53,991 bases of DNA. Source: an uncultured Desulfobacterales bacterium (GTDB lineage: Bacteria > Desulfobacterota > Desulfobacteria > Desulfobacterales > C00003060). Position 1 is the first letter of the stretch, and each line of letters opens with the position of its first letter. This document shows positions 18,592 to 27,994 of the stretch, piece after piece. The stretch lies in NCBI GenBank assembly GCA_964502635.1, contig CAZCXI010000003.1, forward strand, positions 1-53,991, read 5' to 3'. The notes beneath the pieces are model-generated. The model made no database searches. It saw only the letters and a program-made list of their open reading frames with translations, and had not been told where the DNA came from. The position numbers were made by a program, and so were the translations under genes.

Positions 18592-19120
18592 ATTATTGAT
18601 GATTCTTGCGGTCTTGTGAAGACGCTTTTTTTCACTTCCCGACCACAATTAGTATCTTTTAAACGACTTTGCATCATTTTTCAAGAGGAAGGGAGTGGAG
18701 AAAAATGTCGTTCGAAAAACACTTCTTACGAGTGTCTTGAAACGTATGTCTCAAATCCCCAAGCTCCTATTGCCGCCTTGACCGGCCTGCTTCCCGCGAG
18801 CCCCGACCTTTGGTCAGGGAGCTTCACATTGCACCCATGATCCGCAATCCGTTTGGTAATGCCGTCGCTGCGACCGCGACCACCGGCTGTTGACTTTCCG
18901 ACTGCAGAAGGGGCCGCTGCAGGCTGCGAGCCACGTCACCACCGCTGATCATCAAGGTGTCAACGGTCAGCAAAAAGGCCCTTGGCGGGTGTCACACCTG
19001 CCAGCAGTCTTCCTTTTTTTCCGTTTGTGTGCTACGCACCACGCAACAGGGAGGCGGGAATGAAAATGAAATGGTTTTGTAGTTCATTTTCGGAGTTTCT
19101 GCTTCTGGTGCAAAAAAGCG

Positions 19121-19423
19121 ATGGCTGATGACCGCACAGATCGGCGACCCGAGTGCTTCGGTCGATTGGATATTGTATTTCCTGTGGGCGAAGAAGGCAT
19201 ACGGACCACACCGCCTGAATGTTTGAAGTGCGCTTTGGCGAAATCCTGTATCCAGGCGGCCATGCGTACCACTGGAGGACTGAAACTGGAGGAAGAGCGC
19301 GTTGATCGGGCCTATGAATATGGCCTCATCGGAAGGCTGGCGTGCTGGTCCGAAAAGAAGTTCATCCACCAAAAGATAGAAGCCCTGACCTCCGTGGCCA
19401 AGTCAAAACGGAAAAAAAGATGA
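19121..19423 (+). CDS. Small Cys-containing hypothetical protein
   Basis: PECFGRLDIVFP.GEEGIR.TP.ECLKC..AKSC pattern suggests metal binding. Confidence 0.7.
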   Translation: MADDRTDRRPECFGRLDIVFPVGEEGIRTTPPECLKCALAKSCIQAAMRTTGGLKLEEERVDRAYEYGLIGRLACWSEKKFIHQKIEALTSVAKSKRKKR

Positions 19424-19478
19424 GGTGCAAACAGCCGCGCGAAGTTCTTTGTGAACAACGTCGGTGAGTTGGCCTGCT

Positions 19479-19973
19479 TTACGAAGCCCTTTCGAGACGA
19501 TATTTGTACGGGTCCATTTCCGTCCAAATAATGGCGTCCCCGGCTGTAATCCCTTCCCCTTGATAGAATTCTTTGATCATCTTTTTCTCCCTGAGCCTGT
19601 TTTCACTTCGAAGTTCATCGGTCTGGAAAACTTGGCCCAGCGATGTTTGGACTTCAAACGGGGTTCCGTCAAGTGGAATAAGCCCGGCCTTTTTCAGCTT
19701 CAGAGTGGACAAGACACTCTGAGCGATGTCACCCGTAGTGACTTTCCATGAGACGCATTTTCCAGATTCAGTCACGTGCGGGGAGATGCCCAGTTTCTCA
19801 AGTTTGTCTTCGAGCCCGTTCATGGCATCTTCAATTTTTCTGGCATCTTCCTTTATTTGTTCAATATCTTGGGCGATGGCAGTAAGCACTTTTATCTTTT
19901 TTGCGTCTCTGTTTTTTGTGGCCATGGCCATATGTCCCCAGACCCTCTCCTCAAAAGCTTTCACCTCTTTCAT
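19479..19973 (-). CDS. Hypothetical protein (N-terminal coiled coil)
   Basis: 164-aa ORF with strong RBS AAGGAGG. Confidence 0.7.
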   Translation of the reverse strand: MKEVKAFEERVWGHMAMATKNRDAKKIKVLTAIAQDIEQIKEDARKIEDAMNGLEDKLEKLGISPHVTESGKCVSWKVTTGDIAQSVLSTLKLKKAGLIPLDGTPFEVQTSLGQVFQTDELRSENRLREKKMIKEFYQGEGITAGDAIIWTEMDPYKYRLERAS

Positions 19974-20273
19974 AACAAGAACCTCCTTTGTCTATGTATG
20001 TCTGTCATTGCTGAGCCGGACAGGCCGGAACCAAAAAAGGAAGTATGACATAACCTAATATTCGGTTAGGTTTCACAGAATCTTTACAAATATTTATGGG
20101 GCTTTTCTTTTTGCCGCGGCTGTGCTACGTCACAAGCCTGTTGTCAAATAGAGGCTTGAGCTCGGGAAGAAAGTGCAAAGGCAACTGTTTCCGGATTGGG
20201 AGATGTTTGTCATTTGAAAAAGACGTTGATAACGGGACTGCAGCCACAGGATCTTATGTGAGGAGAGGTGACG

Positions 20274-20498
20274 ATGGCAGTGGAAGTTCTTGACACCCTG
20301 GGTCAGAAATGCCCTCAGCCGGTCTTGAAGATCGCGGTAAAGGCTCCTGATATGAAACATGGTGATATCTTGGAGGTATTGGGAGACTGCCCGACGTTTG
20401 AGAAAGATGTGCGCACCTGGTGTGAGCGGCTGGGCAAGGTCTTCCTTTCCCTAAAGGAGGAAGGGGCAAACAAAAAAAGGATCCAGATTCAGTTTTAA
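20274..20498 (+). CDS. tusA: TusA/SirA-family sulfur carrier protein
   Basis: LDTLGQKCPQPVLK (CPxP), GDILEVLGDCP.F..DV..WC. Confidence 0.9.
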   Translation: MAVEVLDTLGQKCPQPVLKIAVKAPDMKHGDILEVLGDCPTFEKDVRTWCERLGKVFLSLKEEGANKKRIQIQF

Positions 20499-20606
20499 GC
20501 AGCTCATCCTTGCAAAGTGCCCGAAAGGATGGCAGCAGTTGTCAAATTCGGCGTTTCCGGCGAGTTGAAAGCCACGGGACGAGCCATAGACACTTGAGGC
20601 AGGTCC

Positions 20607-20954
20607 CTATATCTTAGCCAGCTCCCTTTCTATCTCGTCGAAAATATCCTCCACCTTGTACAAGAACTGATCGGCCTGAGCCAGATGCCAGTCGGCAATC
20701 TGCGCTTCTATGTCCTCGTACAGCTTGTGCAGTGAACCTCTATGCTGCAGAAGGATTTCTCTGAAAGGTGGGTCTCCTTCCAACTGGTAAAGAAGTTTGT
20801 CCAGCCTTTTTATAATCTCAAACAGAGAAGGTCCTTCTTGCACCCATTCTTCGTCCAGGTAACCGAGGCGATGGGCAATTCCGGGGTAGGCCTTTTCAAA
20901 ACCTTTCTTGTAGTAAGGCCGAATACGCACCGTCAACTGCATATACTTGCTCAT
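20607..20954 (-). CDS. Hypothetical helical protein, 115 aa
   Basis: Starts 3 nt after the radical SAM stop codon, with RBS GGAGG. Confidence 0.75.
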   Translation of the reverse strand: MSKYMQLTVRIRPYYKKGFEKAYPGIAHRLGYLDEEWVQEGPSLFEIIKRLDKLLYQLEGDPPFREILLQHRGSLHKLYEDIEAQIADWHLAQADQFLYKVEDIFDEIERELAKI

Positions 20955-20957
20955 CAG

Positions 20958-22835
20958 TTATCCTCCCTGCTTTTCTGCCGTTACCGGCACGGCCAGGCTG
21001 AGATATCTGCCATGTTCCTCGAACATCAGTCTCTTGTCCACCATCATCTTCAGAAAAGGCACGATTCTGTCCTCCCCGACCCTGGGGAAGCGGGTGACGA
21101 TACGCTTGAGGGATCGCTGCCTCTGACAAAAGCGGTAGATGGCCCTCGAGTTTCCCACAAGGCGGTGCGTCAACGGTTGTGCGCCCAGGCGCTTCTGCCG
21201 GATGATCAAAAAATCACGTCCATCTCGAAAGCTAAGGATGGGGGAACAGGAAGGGCCGCTATGGAGTTCAGCGTAGGCCGTTTTCCACGCCCTAACCTTT
21301 TTTTTGATCGGCTGCCATAGTTTCCTCTGCTGTCGCAGGTCACCCCTGTATGACTGGATCATAAAACGCATGGCCCGGCAGACGTCCGGCGGGAATAGGG
21401 CCGCGTAGTTGAGATGGTTGAACACCCCTGTCAGATCAAAGGCCCGGGGATCTTGCCACACAGGACTGCCCAGGCCAAGCCAGAAATGGACAAGCCGGAG
21501 GGGTCGAAATGGGAGGGTGAATTCGAGGGCGCGAAGGGTCTCATCCACGTCATCCGCATCGCTTCCCGGAAAATGGACGATGAGATTGGAGACGTTGGAT
21601 ATGCCGAGTGCTTCGCAGTCCTTCATGATTTCCATGTTCCGGATGGCTGTTGTTCCCTTGCGAAGTTTCTTAAGGAGCCTGGTACTCAACGCCTCGATTC
21701 CGACCTGGACCTCGTGCATGCCTGCAGAACGCATGACCTGGAGAACCCCATGAGACGTGGTGGCCCTGATTTCTGCGAAGAGGCGAAAGTCTTTTTGGAG
21801 CCTGGCCAGTTGTAAAAAGATCTCTCTGGACGTGCGCAGGGGGAGCAGATTATCCATGAAGGCGACAGAGAGGGTCTTATGCTTTGTGGTCAGGTGATCG
21901 ACCTCTGAGACCACCTGCGACACCCCCTTGGACCGGTATCCATCCCACTGAAGATTCAGGTTGCAAAAAGCACACCCCGTTCGGCCTGACGAACCCTTAC
22001 GGCCCTGCCACCAACATCCTCTGGACACCTCCGCAGGCAGGGTTGGGAAAAATGTTTTCTCCGAATCCAATGTGTTGAGGAGATGAAAGTAATCATCGTA
22101 GTCCGGAGGCGGTAAGCTGCTCAGGTCCTGGAGTTGATGAAAGCTGGCGGAGGCCCGGGTGTTCGCCCGGTTCCTTGCAACAACACCAGGGATAGGGGGA
22201 CAAGCATCAGCCCCCTGTAAAGCTTCCGTTTGGCGGACTAATCGACTCAGCGGCCGTTCCCCTTCGCCACTAACGACAAAGTCCACCTCGGGAAACGTCT
22301 CCAGCAAGGCGTCAGTCCCGTCGCCTGAGAACATAGAACCACCCACAACCACAGGCAGATAGGGAAAACCTTTCTTGATCCGTTTGATGAAATAAAGCGA
22401 TGAGGTGAGTTGACAAAGACAAATAGAAAAACCCGCAAGCCCATATCGCCCCCAGTCCACGCTTTTCATGAGGGCGTCGGATACTTCTTTTACCTGCATG
22501 ACCAGGGACTCGAAATCAACCCTGCGAAGATCGGGCTTACCCCTGACCTCGCGGTCAAAGATCTTTTCAATCTTGTTCTTACGTTCAGGAAACAAGAGGG
22601 CACCGTACACGGATTCTGCCAGCCAGGTCCTCTCCGATATGGCGTGATAGCGTTTGTAACCGATCCTTTCCGCCACCTTAAGATAAAGATGCAAAGCCTC
22701 AACCTTCAAATCAGGAAACCGGGTCTTCAAATAGGCTTTAAGAGCACCAAGCTGAATAGAAGGACGATTGTAAAGGGGCCAAGGGGTGGAAACCAAGACC
22801 ACACGTTCCAGGTGTGCGGTTCCAGAGCCTTTCAT
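20958..22835 (-). CDS. B12-binding radical SAM enzyme, RiPP-maturation C-methyltransferase-like family
   Basis: VVLVSTPW....RPSIQLGALKA, VVVGG, VVSGEGE, PDYDDYF, EVSRGCWW...CAFCNLN, FMDN and VQVGIEALS. Confidence 0.88.
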   Translation of the reverse strand: MKGSGTAHLERVVLVSTPWPLYNRPSIQLGALKAYLKTRFPDLKVEALHLYLKVAERIGYKRYHAISERTWLAESVYGALLFPERKNKIEKIFDREVRGKPDLRRVDFESLVMQVKEVSDALMKSVDWGRYGLAGFSICLCQLTSSLYFIKRIKKGFPYLPVVVGGSMFSGDGTDALLETFPEVDFVVSGEGERPLSRLVRQTEALQGADACPPIPGVVARNRANTRASASFHQLQDLSSLPPPDYDDYFHLLNTLDSEKTFFPTLPAEVSRGCWWQGRKGSSGRTGCAFCNLNLQWDGYRSKGVSQVVSEVDHLTTKHKTLSVAFMDNLLPLRTSREIFLQLARLQKDFRLFAEIRATTSHGVLQVMRSAGMHEVQVGIEALSTRLLKKLRKGTTAIRNMEIMKDCEALGISNVSNLIVHFPGSDADDVDETLRALEFTLPFRPLRLVHFWLGLGSPVWQDPRAFDLTGVFNHLNYAALFPPDVCRAMRFMIQSYRGDLRQQRKLWQPIKKKVRAWKTAYAELHSGPSCSPILSFRDGRDFLIIRQKRLGAQPLTHRLVGNSRAIYRFCQRQRSLKRIVTRFPRVGEDRIVPFLKMMVDKRLMFEEHGRYLSLAVPVTAEKQGG

Positions 22836-23003
22836 CTTGCGATCCTTGCGGGGTGGTGTCTCATCTGTCGGTCTTTATATCGCATCCAGGCTCGGGCATC
22901 AAACGCTATGATGCGTCCAGGGCATTTCCGGCAAAGCTTGTCAGGACACAGAGGCGCTCATCCCTCAAAGGGGCGAAAAACTCCCGTCGGGCTCAAAGGA
23001 TGA

Positions 23004-23204
23004 GAGACCTTTGAATAACTCATTTGAACGACTATTATGAGCTTTTTGGGGCACCCATCTCGGCGAAGCGAACGGCCCACGTTAGTGGGCAAATCCTAAA
23101 CTGTTTGAGGCCGTTAGGCCGAGTTTTTAGGGTTTAGTGAGCAAGCCCTTAGATGGGTCAAAAAGCTCATACAAATAAGTGAGAAGGAGTTCTTCAAAGG
23201 TCTC
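23004..23204. mobile_element. Family C MITE (201 bp), ends resembling the IS5-family element IS1106
   Basis: TIR GAGACCTTTGAATAACTC/GAGTTCTTCAAAGGTCTC, perfect 5-bp TSD GATGA (22999-23003 and 23205-23209), and internal hairpins. Confidence 0.85.
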
Positions 23205-23369
23205 GATGATGGTCCGACAGAGCATCAGGACGTTGAAATAGCGATCCTTAACATGTTCCGACTTGGCCAAATTGACACGCAACGAGATGTTCGTTATATT
23301 CCATCACGCGTGTGCCGGGCCATATTGCAAGACATCTTTGGCCACTGCCGACAAGCGAATACTTGGTCC

Positions 23370-24725
23370 ATGAAGCCGATAACTCTCGAAAATATCCTGG
23401 CCGACAAGAAAAATCTGGAGCGCATTCTCGACAATCTCATGGAGGGAATCATCGCCCACGATAAGGGCAGACATATCCTCTTCTTCAACAGGGCCGCCGA
23501 GGAGATAACCGGCTACCGCAAGGCAGAGATCCTTGGAAAGGACTGCCACGAGGCCTTTGGAGGCCCCTTTTGCGGCGGGCGGTGCGCCTTTTCCGGCGAA
23601 GCCCAGGATTCCTGGACCCACACAGACTATCCCCTCAATATTGTTACCAAACAGGGCGACGTGCGGCGGCTTGAGATGTCGGTCACAGGAATGACGGATG
23701 AAGCGGGATGTTTCATGGGTGTCCTTGCCGCCTTTCGAGATGTCACAGATCTAATCGGCTTGCAAATACAGCAGGGCAAACTCCACAGCTTCGCTGGCAT
23801 TATCGGGCAGGATCCCAAGATGCTCCGAGTTTTCGAGCAGATACGGGAGCTGGCCGCCAACGACTATCCCGTCCATATTGCCGGCGAGACCGGCACGGGA
23901 AAAGAACTGGTGGCAACGGCGATTCACAACGAGAGCAGACGGGGCGGAGGCCCCTTTGTGCCCGTCAACTGCGCGGCGCTTCCAGAAGGCACCCTTGAGA
24001 GTGAGCTCTTCGGACACGTGAAAGGCGCTTTTACCGGAGCCATGCGGGACAAAAAGGGCCGGTTTGAACTGGCCCACGGCGGCACCCTGTTGCTGGACGA
24101 AGTGGGAGATCTGCCCAGACTTGTGCAGGCGAAACTGTTGCGGGTCCTTCAGGACGGGGTATTTGAGCGCGTGGGCGCCGAGAAAACCCTCTCTGTGGAT
24201 GTGCGCCTCATCAGCGCCACCCATCGGGATCTGAAACGTGAGGTGGAAAGGGGGAATTTTCGCGAGGACCTCTACTACCGCATCAATGTGGTCCCCCTCT
24301 ACCTGCCGCCGCTCAGAAAGCGGAAAAATGACATCCCTCTTCTGGCAGAGCACTTGCTTGGTAAGGCCTCGGAAAAAGGGCGTGCAGTCCCTGGTCTTTC
24401 CAAAGAGGCCTTGGCTATCATGATGGACTATCCTTGGCCCGGAAACGTGCGCGAGTTCCAGAGTGCCATTCGGTTTGCGCTTGTCAAGTCGAAGGGACGC
24501 CTCATTCAACCGGGCCACCTCCCTCTCGAACTGAAACAATGGCAAGACAATCGCCCGTCCCGCGGTCCCTCCCGAAAACTGGATCCCGAAAGTGTTCGGA
24601 TTGCTTTGGCGCGGACTGGCGGGAACAAGGCCAAGGCGGCCAGGATCCTGGGTGTGGGTCGAGCCACACTTTATCGGTTTTTTGCCGACTTTCCGGATGT
24701 CCCACAAGACACTTATGTCTCATAG
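23370..24725 (+). CDS. PAS-domain sigma-54 enhancer-binding protein
   Basis: PAS (ILDNLMEGII..FNRAAEEITGY, with Cys residues C..C...C), GETGTGKE, GAFTGA, WPGNVRE and a Fis HTH. Confidence 0.93.
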   Translation: MKPITLENILADKKNLERILDNLMEGIIAHDKGRHILFFNRAAEEITGYRKAEILGKDCHEAFGGPFCGGRCAFSGEAQDSWTHTDYPLNIVTKQGDVRRLEMSVTGMTDEAGCFMGVLAAFRDVTDLIGLQIQQGKLHSFAGIIGQDPKMLRVFEQIRELAANDYPVHIAGETGTGKELVATAIHNESRRGGGPFVPVNCAALPEGTLESELFGHVKGAFTGAMRDKKGRFELAHGGTLLLDEVGDLPRLVQAKLLRVLQDGVFERVGAEKTLSVDVRLISATHRDLKREVERGNFREDLYYRINVVPLYLPPLRKRKNDIPLLAEHLLGKASEKGRAVPGLSKEALAIMMDYPWPGNVREFQSAIRFALVKSKGRLIQPGHLPLELKQWQDNRPSRGPSRKLDPESVRIALARTGGNKAKAARILGVGRATLYRFFADFPDVPQDTYVS

Positions 24726-25097
24726 TCTAATATGAGACATCTGGGCCGGCCAGCGGATGCCTCACCTCCACGGTGGATTCAGGACCCCGTTTGCTCCAGC
24801 ATGCCTGTAACTCACGTTGATCAATACGGATTTAGACACTTGGTGTGGGGCGTTCTGTTGTTCGGTCCGCCAGGTCGTGAGTTGTCCCCAACCAGGCCAT
24901 TCAGGTCATCGCTTCTATGTGGTGGGAAAATATACTGGAAGTGCGGGATGTTATCTTGATTGGTTTCTCTCAAGGCGCACACTGTCCCAACAGTGTCCCA
25001 GGTTGTGGTGTCGAGGCAAGGGATGCCCCCGTCCGTAGAGGTATCAACTATTTGGTATCAAAGCAGTTTTATCCTATCATCGAGGGCCGTTTGAGCC

Positions 25098-25112
25098 TGG
25101 CACAGATCTTGA
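25098..25112 (+). promoter_or_regulatory. Possible sigma-54 promoter for the rubredoxin/rubrerythrin cluster
   Basis: TGGCAC-AGATC-TTGA (one mismatch at -12), downstream of the enhancer-binding protein gene. Confidence 0.45.
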
Positions 25113-25154
25113 TATTTCAGGTGACAAGTGGTTTCAAGCCATAATTGATCCTGG

Positions 25155-25473
25155 GTAAACCCCCGGCTATGCCGGGGGACTCCCAGAGTTTGACAATTCC
25201 GGGAGTATGCTTTTCCCCCTCCCCCAACCCCTCCCACTAGGGGAGGGGAGATGTTGGTGATGCTGATTCCCACCAGAGGGGGATGGTTGATCCGCCATTT
25301 GTTCCTCCCCCTTGATGGGGGAGGTTAGGTGGGGGTGAAAATCCCAATTGACGGAGACGAATTGCTATTGTCGTGTGGCAGTCAGTCTCTTCAACGAAAA
25401 GCAGTTTGTTTTTTCAGCCCCCTTGAGGGGCTCCAGGGCTCTCAAGCCTCCGGCTCTGCCGGAGGTACATGAC
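25155..25473 (+). mobile_element. IS200-like element remnant without tnpA, containing an inverted REP-like pair
   Basis: Terminal hairpins CCCCCGGC-TAT-GCCGGGGG and CCTCCGGC-TCT-GCCGGAGG. The CAAG guide and TGAC end fit the IS200/IS605 pairing rule. Internal C/G-rich palindromes lie at 25215-25250 and 25304-25338. Confidence 0.65.
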
Positions 25474-25478
25474 TCCTT

Positions 25479-25597
25479 TTGAACCGCCCAAGCGAGCGCA
25501 TTCCCCGCTGCTTGCGGCGGGGTTAGCGAGCGAATCTGAAAATGAAAAACTTCTTTACGGTGAAGATTCCCCGTGGCTTGCCGCGGGGAGGCTTCAA
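25479..25597 (+). mobile_element. Family A element, copy 3
   Basis: Near-identical to 2461-2579, TTGAA...TTCAA. Confidence 0.85.
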
Positions 25598-25609
25598 TGG
25601 ACGAAGATT

Positions 25610-25813
25610 ATGAGGCCTTGTGATGAAGGCATCAAGAAGACGTTGAGATTGACACAAGACATGTTTGAGCTTGCCGATCAAGGCGATGCGCTGCGTGAGG
25701 ACACGGGTTGCGGTGTGCTCTACGGGGTTATCAGGGATTCGGCTTATAAGATCAAGAAACTGGCAGAAGCGGAAAAGGAGGCCCACATGAAAAAGGGTTG
25801 GTGGAAAGACTAA
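25610..25813 (+). CDS. Small conserved-looking hypothetical protein (67 aa)
   Basis: [67 protein letters not shown]. The ORF-track N-terminal extension is element sequence. Confidence 0.75.
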   Translation: MRPCDEGIKKTLRLTQDMFELADQGDALREDTGCGVLYGVIRDSAYKIKKLAEAEKEAHMKKGWWKD

Positions 25814-25827
25814 GAAAGGAGAAAACG

Positions 25828-26034
25828 ATGGCGAGACCGGAAGACATGTACCAGTGCCAGACAACCTGTGGCTATATCTATGACCCTGACAGGGGCGACC
25901 GAAAGGGGAAGATTCCCAAAGGGACGCCTTTCGAGGACCTGTCGGATGACTGGAAATGCCCGGTGTGTGGGGCAACCAAGAAGTCCTTCCGGCCCCTGAC
26001 TGGACCTGGTTCCGTAAAGGAGGCGGCCTCCTGA
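25828..26034 (+). CDS. Rubredoxin (atypical Cx3C first motif)
   Basis: [15 protein letters not shown]....[21 protein letters not shown]; RBS AAGGAG. Confidence 0.92.
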   Translation: MARPEDMYQCQTTCGYIYDPDRGDRKGKIPKGTPFEDLSDDWKCPVCGATKKSFRPLTGPGSVKEAAS

Positions 26035-26109
26035 CCGAGAAGGATTCATGATGTGAGGACTCAGATGAGAACCGCTTTTCGCGAATAACTACTACCAAGG
26101 AGGATTCTT

Positions 26110-26604
26110 ATGAGCAAGACGGAGGAGAACCTGAAGGACGCTTTTGCTGGGGAGTCCCAAGCCAACCGGAGGTACCTGGCCTTTGCCAAGCGGGCCGACA
26201 AAGAAGGCTATCCCCAGGCGGCCAAACTCTTTAGGGCGGCAGCCGAGGCCGAAACGGTGCATGCCCACGCTCACCTGCGCGCCTTAGGCGGCATTGGCAC
26301 GACCGAGGCGAATCTCAAGGAGGCGATCTCGGGCGAAACCCATGAGTTCAACACCATGTACCCTGCGATGATAGAAGCAGCCAAAGCAGAGGGCAATAAG
26401 GCAGCGGAGAGAAGCTTTTCCTATGCCAATGAAGTGGAGAAAATCCACGCTGCTCTGTACCAGAAGGCCTCGGACAACCTGGACAGCCTGGAGGCTGTGG
26501 ACTACTATGTTTGCTCCGTGTGCGGTTACACCTGTGAAAAAGAGCCCCCGGAAAAATGCCCGGTTTGTGGTGCCGAGGCCAAGGCCTTTTTCGAGGTGGC
26601 GTAG
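26110..26604 (+). CDS. rbr: Rubrerythrin
   Basis: NLKDAFAGESQANRRY, EAETVHA, GETHE, EKIH and C-terminal CSVCGY...CPVCG. Confidence 0.93.
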   Translation: MSKTEENLKDAFAGESQANRRYLAFAKRADKEGYPQAAKLFRAAAEAETVHAHAHLRALGGIGTTEANLKEAISGETHEFNTMYPAMIEAAKAEGNKAAERSFSYANEVEKIHAALYQKASDNLDSLEAVDYYVCSVCGYTCEKEPPEKCPVCGAEAKAFFEVA

Positions 26605-26645
26605 GGGAAGAAAAACGGTCAATATGGTGCAAAAGGAGGAGGAAG

Positions 26646-27098
26646 ATGAGCAAAAAAAGCTTTCAGGTCTTGGTTGTATTATTAACGACCTTTTTCGCCG
26701 TGTCCTATGCGGTCGCGCATTGTGAGATTCCCTGCGGAATCTATGATGATGAGATGAGAGTGAAGATGATCGCTGAGCATATTACGACCATTGAAAAGGC
26801 GATGAAGGAGATCGTACGGTTGGAGGGAGACAAACCCACCAATTACAATCAGCTGATCCGCTGGGTTGCGAACAAGGACCGCCATGCCAATGAACTCCAG
26901 CATATTGTCACGCAGTATTTTATGACCCAGCGAATCAAGCTGGACGCTAAGCAATATCCTCAGAAATTGACATTACTGCATAAGATGCTTGTTTACGCCA
27001 TGAAGTGCAAGCAAACGACCGATCTTGCCCACACTGCCATGCTGAGGTCTCTTCTAAAGGAATTCCAACAGGTGTATTTTGGTGATCGTCACAACTGA
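26646..27098 (+). CDS. sodN: Nickel superoxide dismutase with signal peptide
   Basis: Nickel-hook HCEIPCGIYD directly after the signal-peptide cleavage site AVA; NQLIRWV..K..HA and YFMTQRIK. Confidence 0.9.
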   Translation: MSKKSFQVLVVLLTTFFAVSYAVAHCEIPCGIYDDEMRVKMIAEHITTIEKAMKEIVRLEGDKPTNYNQLIRWVANKDRHANELQHIVTQYFMTQRIKLDAKQYPQKLTLLHKMLVYAMKCKQTTDLAHTAMLRSLLKEFQQVYFGDRHN

Positions 27099-27120
27099 GA
27101 TATATTGATAAGAAGTGAGG

Positions 27121-27148
27121 GCTCCCCGCCCTGAAGGGCCGGGCTTTC
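27121..27148. repeat. Isolated IS200/IS605-end-like palindrome
   Basis: GCTCCCCGCCCTGAAGGGCCGGGCTTTC hairpin after sodN; could also act as a terminator or mRNA stabiliser. Confidence 0.4.
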
Positions 27149-27172
27149 AGAAACGGATGAGGTCAAGGGTCC

Positions 27173-27394
27173 ATGGCAACAGACAACGTCGTGATGTTTC
27201 GGCCATACCCGTTTCGTGTGGGGCAGAAAATACACATTGAGGGGGGACCTCGTGGGGGGGACTGGGAGGTCATTGAAACCAGGCGGCGCAAGGTCACCCT
27301 GCGATGCCCTGTCTCCCAGCGCCGGTTTGAGTGGAACAGGTTCTGCTATTTCGTTGAGGAGCGCGAAGGCGTCGAGTGGCCCCAAGAAAAATAA
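27173..27394 (+). CDS. Small hypothetical protein (predicted beta-rich)
   Basis: FRPYPFRVGQKIHIEGGPRGGDWEV...TLRCPVS..EW.RFCYFVEE; co-oriented in the stress cluster. Confidence 0.7.
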   Translation: MATDNVVMFRPYPFRVGQKIHIEGGPRGGDWEVIETRRRKVTLRCPVSQRRFEWNRFCYFVEEREGVEWPQEK

Positions 27395-27550
27395 TTGGCA
27401 AGCCTCAGGGCATTCCGAGGCAACAGGCAGGGCCACGGCCATACTCCTCTACAAGGGCCGAATCCTGTCTGCTTGGCCTGATACCTGTTTTCTGACGAGT
27501 GTATCGGCAATCGTTGTTACATCACCTTCGCTCAGGATAGGAGGAAAGAC

Positions 27551-27994
27551 ATGGGAAAGGTACTCATTGCATACGACAGCAGAACCGGCAACACGAAACA
27601 GATGGCGGCATTCATCGCTGAAGGCGTTCGTATGAGTGGACACGAAGCTGAGCTGGAAAAGATCACTGCGATCAAGAACGAGAAGGCATTGCAGGGCTAT
27701 GATGGCTATGTATTCGGTTGTCCCACCTACCACAGGGACATGACCAATGGCATGAAGACCTTCCTTTTTCTGGTCCAGAAGGCGGAACTGAAAGGGAAGG
27801 TGGGCGGGGCCTTCGGGTCGTATACCCACAGCGGTGATGCCCCCAAACTGATTTTTGACACCATGGAATATGTGTTCAAGATGGACATGGTTGATTTAGG
27901 TTCTTTCAGGCTGAAAGAAGATATGGTGGCAACAGGAGAGGGAATGCGTGCCTGCCAGGATTATGGAAGAGCCCTTGCTGAAAAGGTTCCCTAA
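27551..27994 (+). CDS. Flavodoxin-domain protein
   Basis: YDSRTGNTKQMA, FGCPTY and GGAFGSYTHSGDA; RBS GGAGG. Confidence 0.9.
   Translation: MGKVLIAYDSRTGNTKQMAAFIAEGVRMSGHEAELEKITAIKNEKALQGYDGYVFGCPTYHRDMTNGMKTFLFLVQKAELKGKVGGAFGSYTHSGDAPKLIFDTMEYVFKMDMVDLGSFRLKEDMVATGEGMRACQDYGRALAEKVP

Noticed and set aside
18740-19010. GC-rich hairpins upstream of the histidine kinase as a possible ncRNA or lost sensor domain
   Set aside because: No recognisable RNA family, and removing the MITE does not restore an upstream reading frame; support is insufficient.
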